DNA of 64,000 nucleotides from Lepidodermella squamata (Eukaryota; Animalia; Gastrotricha): NCBI GenBank assembly GCA_047495785.1, contig JBLDXI010000020.1, positions 2,728,001 to 2,792,000 of the forward strand, read 5' to 3'. Shown piece by piece: positions 59,901 to 64,000 of this stretch (position 1 is its first letter; each line of letters starts with the position of its first letter). The notes under the pieces were generated by a model. It saw only the letters and a program-made list of their open reading frames with translations, ran no database searches and was not told where the DNA came from. The position numbers and the translations under genes were made by a program.

Positions 59901-62900
59901 TCCCACAGTTGCAAGTAAGAATCGGGCAGCCACGTTTCACTAACCACAGTTTGCCCATCTTTCGTCTCAGTCGTAATTCTGGCCAGGTACTCAAACCTTC
60001 TGTGCTCTTTCGAGTGAAGACGAGCTTTCAGCAGCTGCCTAGTCCTCCTCTCGCCGTTGAAAACATCCGAAAAATAGCAAGTATTAGGCGGAAAATTCGG
60101 CGGTTTCAACGCGATTTGGTCGAATTTTATCGAAGCGGCTAGCGTTTTTAGCTGCAAAGCGACATTGTGGTAAGTCGTGTTGTTATCAGGCCGGGCCATC
60201 GCCCCGGTTTTGAACTCCCAGGCTATGCGGAAACTCGGTTTCGGGGCGATTCCGTTGTACCACAGACTGCCGGCATTCGTTTTTTCGCGAATTATCGACC
60301 CGGTTTGGTTGAAATAACCCGGGCAAATTTCGACGTTTCCACCCTTTCGGGCCATCCAACGCGACTGGTGGTCGGGTAACACGAAAACATTCGGTTTACC
60401 ACCCCTCCGCGGCTGAAATCGATGAATTTCCGATTTCGGCGCGGTTGAAGACCGTCTAATCGGTGGGTTTCGTTTCAGCAAAAATTTCTCATCAGTTTTT
60501 TCACTCAGTTTATCGGCAATTTTCAACAATTCAGTAAGAGACGTCTCATAGCTGATCGGTAAATGCTGGATACAGGCTGGTAAGCTATCCGGTAGGTTGA
60601 AAAATGGTTGCGGGTAAATTTCGCTTAAAAATCGACCCTGTTTAACCGGATTAATGACCATTTCGTTCAAAACTCGCAACTCTTCGCCCGAATTTGAGGA
60701 CATCGCCAATCTCAGGTCCAACAGCTCGTCGATTGATGGCCGAAATGTGTTAGGGACCTGGGCGAAAAGTTGCCGGGTAACAAGTTGCTGGCTGACATTT
60801 ACGACTTCATCGTCAATTTTCGGCTGGAATGATTTTGCAGTGCTTGAGCCGAATTTTCGGTGGTAATTTCGAGCGAGCGATACCAGGTCTGTGGTTTTTT
60901 TCGATTGACGATTGGCGCGCCGACCGGCTCGAACCCAACACCAACCCCCGCCGGCTATTAAACGGTATTCTTCGCCAGGTTGTAGCCACATTCTGTGGTT
61001 CACTCTTTTCGAAAACTGAAATAGAGAAAGATTTCGTAATGAAATTCAAAGCCGAAATTTATTTTTTTGAAATTTTCGCCGAAATATTGGAAATTTAAAG
61101 AATTACTGAACTTTCCCATTTTCATACTAGGAAAAATTGAATTTTAGCCGAAATTTTCGAAAAATAAAACTGCTACCCAAAAATTTCAAAAATATCATCA
61201 TAATTATGAATAATTGCGATAAATGAGAGGAGAGACGAAATAAAATTCCATTTTCAATTATTTTACAATTTTTCGTTCAAAAATGTTAAGCTGGAGCATA
61301 CCTTGACCGGAATTTCCTTTTCCTTGCCATGTTCCGAAAAAGATTCGTCAAAATCTTCGTTTTCATTATCGATATCATCGTGAGTTGTTTCAGCTTCTTC
61401 CAACATTGGCAATCCCAATTTTACTCGTCTCTTCGCCTGCCGCTCAGCTCTCCTTTTGACTCGTTTATCCTCAATTTCCCGCAATTTCGCCATTTCAATG
61501 TCGAATTGCGTCACCTTTTCCAGCCGAAAATAACCACCGTGTTCGTACCAAACCGGTAGAAAAGCGACTAGGCGTAAATTCGACTCGAAAATCAGTAACG
61601 CCAATGCGAAATGTTCAGGCGATGTGCACAGCTCAAGAGCTCGCTTCCAACGGCAATAAAGCGGCGATGACAGCCAAGCTGGCATGAAAAATGCGTTCGA
61701 TCTCGGTATAGACGACTCAACATCGAGAATAGCTATTCGCAAAGCATCGGCGTAATTTGATGGAAACCAGGTAATTTCACCTGGAGATAAATTGGCGATC
61801 AACTGCCAACGAATTTCAAACCGATTATTCGGCGAAGCAATGCAAAATTTGTTCGATAAAAGCCGCTTTCGCTCGTTATCTTGGCTTATTTGCTTCGTAG
61901 ATAATGCAAGGTGGGCATTGACCACGTATTGATTTTCATAGTAACGAAACAGTCCCGAATCACCCAATCGGAAGAACATAGCTCGGTCAGCTTCTCCTGG
62001 CAGCACACCGGCCTCGAAATTTCTCAACTCCGCGATGTCAAAATTCAAAGCAGTTTCGAATCGTCCCTCCAATCCACATTGATACAACTCCTGCATGGTC
62101 AATTCCTTAGTTAAGGTCGTGTCTTCAGTCATTGAGGGTAGCCATCGGTTCATAGATTGGAATAATTCCTGGTCCGTTGGATGGCGAGTTTTTGCAAAGT
62201 GACTCATTATGTTTAAAATGTGTTCGATTGAAGAGTAATAAGCAACGCAAGTCCCGATGCCGATTAAATCGTCTGGTTTCTCTTGATATTCTTCGACATA
62301 CATTCGTCTGCCGGCAAACCTATTAATAGACTTCTAGATTACATGGTGAATTAAATTGATGAAAGACAAACCAATAAAAACGGTTTTTCTTATCGATTCC
62401 AACAAGTAAATGACGGAAAAATCCGCCTTGAGCCAAACTTGCGAACTTGTCGCCATTTGTTTTGAATCCAATGATATTATGCTTTTCACAGATTTCACAT
62501 GTCCAAGGTTCCTCGCTTTCTGCGGGTTTCTAAGTTAATCAGTGAAAATTTTGGAATAATGCCAAGTATTTTGAATATTACCTGAGCGCAATCAGAGCAA
62601 TACAACACTGAGCAAGATGAGCATGGAACGCTAGATGACTTCGAGCATTTCCGACATGTTTTTTCATTGCGATTCTTTTTTTTCGCTGTTTCATCTTTTT
62701 GCTCTTCTGTTTCCAAGGCGATTTCTTGACGAATGACTTGCGTCTAGAAAAGTCAGATCTTGCGATTCCTTTCAAATATTCTGAATAGGTTAACTCACCA
62801 AAAGCAACATTTCGACCAAGCATCGCAAAATGATCAGTCGTTGCTCTCCACTGATAAAAGGAAAGCCGGGAGTATTCGCAGCAGCTTGAGCTTCGATAAG

Positions 62901-63362
62901 CAAATCGAAAAGCACAGGCTGTGCGTTTAAGTACACTTTGCAGACCTCGGGCCACGTGAAAGTGTCCAATGAATGAAACCAGAGCGCAAGAGACTCTCGC
63001 CCATCGATTGTTAAAGGTCTGCCACAGTAAGTGGTACTTGAAGAGACGTCATCTCTCCATAATAGGCGCAAAAATGAGACATAAATCTCGTTGAGTAAAG
63101 AAGAGCATTCCTGTGATGCCACTAAAGCTCCACATAGATCTTCAAATCTGAATGGAGTGAGACGTAATTGCTGATAAAATCGCTTGACGAATTCATGAAC
63201 TATAGCAGCGTTGAACGCAGCTTGTGGCGATAGAAAATGCAAGTCTGAACAACTTGGTGGCAACTGAAAGCGACGTTTCGGTTGCTGGACTGGGCTACTG
63301 AATGGAAGAACGTCAGTTTGAATAAGTATATCGTCATCGCTACTCGCAACTACATCGTCCAT
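56967..63362 (-). CDS. BPTF: Nucleosome-remodelling factor subunit BPTF/NURF301
   Basis: DDT (EFVKRFYQQLRLTPFRFEDLCGAL..DTFTWPE), first PHD-like finger, WHIM (GIDKKNRFYWF..RRMYVEE), FFRLG..FRYYENQY, HRMW...GEEYR...GGWCW, two PHD fingers (LYCICRTPYD..WFHG) and a bromodomain (SWPF..F.YDILLMFDNCRRFN). Start could be 63362 or further upstream. Confidence 0.9.
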
Positions 63363-63769
63363 CCGAGGATATTCAGGCGGGTAACAAAACAATTTTAATA
63401 GCCTGAAATAAAAATTATTTGTTACCAATGGCTTTGTGCTTTGTGTAGCGGTAATATTATCAATTATCATGATGGAGTCAAGTACTTCCATCTCAAAAGT
63501 CTAAAGATGAAAGTGAATCTAAGTCCTTGACAGCAGAGACTTCAGGTAAAATAGCCATTGAAGAATTGAATGTTCCTATGAGAATTTTCGCGGTTGGTTG
63601 TTGATAGCTTCAGAAAAACGTGAAATATAAGGGATCCCCTATCAAGGACTTCAGTTCCCCCGCGGACCACCTGCCTGCCCTCATAACTAGGGAACCTCAG
63701 GATCCCTAGAAAGCAAATTAGATCATTGGGCAGAGGAAAGCCCTATTGTCAAAGGTAATTTGCCAATCC

Positions 63770-63974
63770 TCAGACAGTAGTTTGAATGGCTGTGCTAACT
63801 ATTTTCTCCAGACGTTTGAAGAAAATTAAGGTATTTTTTACAATTCTATTGTCAGCACTAAGCAGCCTTGCAGGGTCGTGGCCAGCAACAGATAAACAGT
63901 CGTAAGAAATATGGTAGGCTAACTGGCTCAGAGGAGTAACGTTACCACAGAACATACATGTAACATCATCAATT
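63770..63974 (-). CDS. Probable last exon of a gene starting beyond the window; C2HC zinc-finger-like
   Basis: Pyrimidine-rich acceptor ttttattttcag, then IDDVTCMFCGNVTPLSQLAYHISYDC... to a stop at 63770. Confidence 0.45.
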
Positions 63975-64000
63975 CTGAAAATAAAATGTTCGATACGGCG

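Noticed and set aside
57279-60142. Long plus-strand ORFs opposite BPTF, and similar antisense ORFs over NARS, MYO18 and PLK4
   Set aside because: Shadow ORFs of GC-rich coding sequence with no domain features.
1-64000. CRISPR arrays, rRNA, tRNA, prokaryotic operons
   Set aside because: No regularly spaced repeat-spacer array or canonical RNA-gene motif seen; the genes have spliceosomal introns.

Overview
Gene-dense eukaryotic genomic DNA, almost certainly from an invertebrate animal (PDZ-myosin-18, BPTF/NURF301, ZnT5, Hv channel and annexin are present). Most introns are short (about 50-65 nt) GT-AG introns, so the ORF track fragments most genes; I rebuilt the gene models by hand from splice phase. 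In order: a large inverted-repeat element; two intronless class C (GABA-B-like) GPCRs; a thioredoxin-3xNDK (NME8-type) gene that appears spliced in frame to a complete annexin; PLK4; ZnT5; MYO18; FRA10AC1; AsnRS; a ~4.4 kb direct-repeat-bounded island with Crinkler/CR-effector-like modules, two catalytically altered proteases and two MITEs; an Hv1-family proton channel with a long S1-S2 loop; a third class C GPCR; two CH25H-like paralogs, one needing an AT-AA intron; an apparently secreted ankyrin-repeat protein; BPTF; and a 3' exon of a gene outside the window. The main leads are the Trx-NDK-annexin fusion, the effector-like island, the AT-AA intron and the secreted ankyrin protein. No database searches were run; family calls are from motif recognition.
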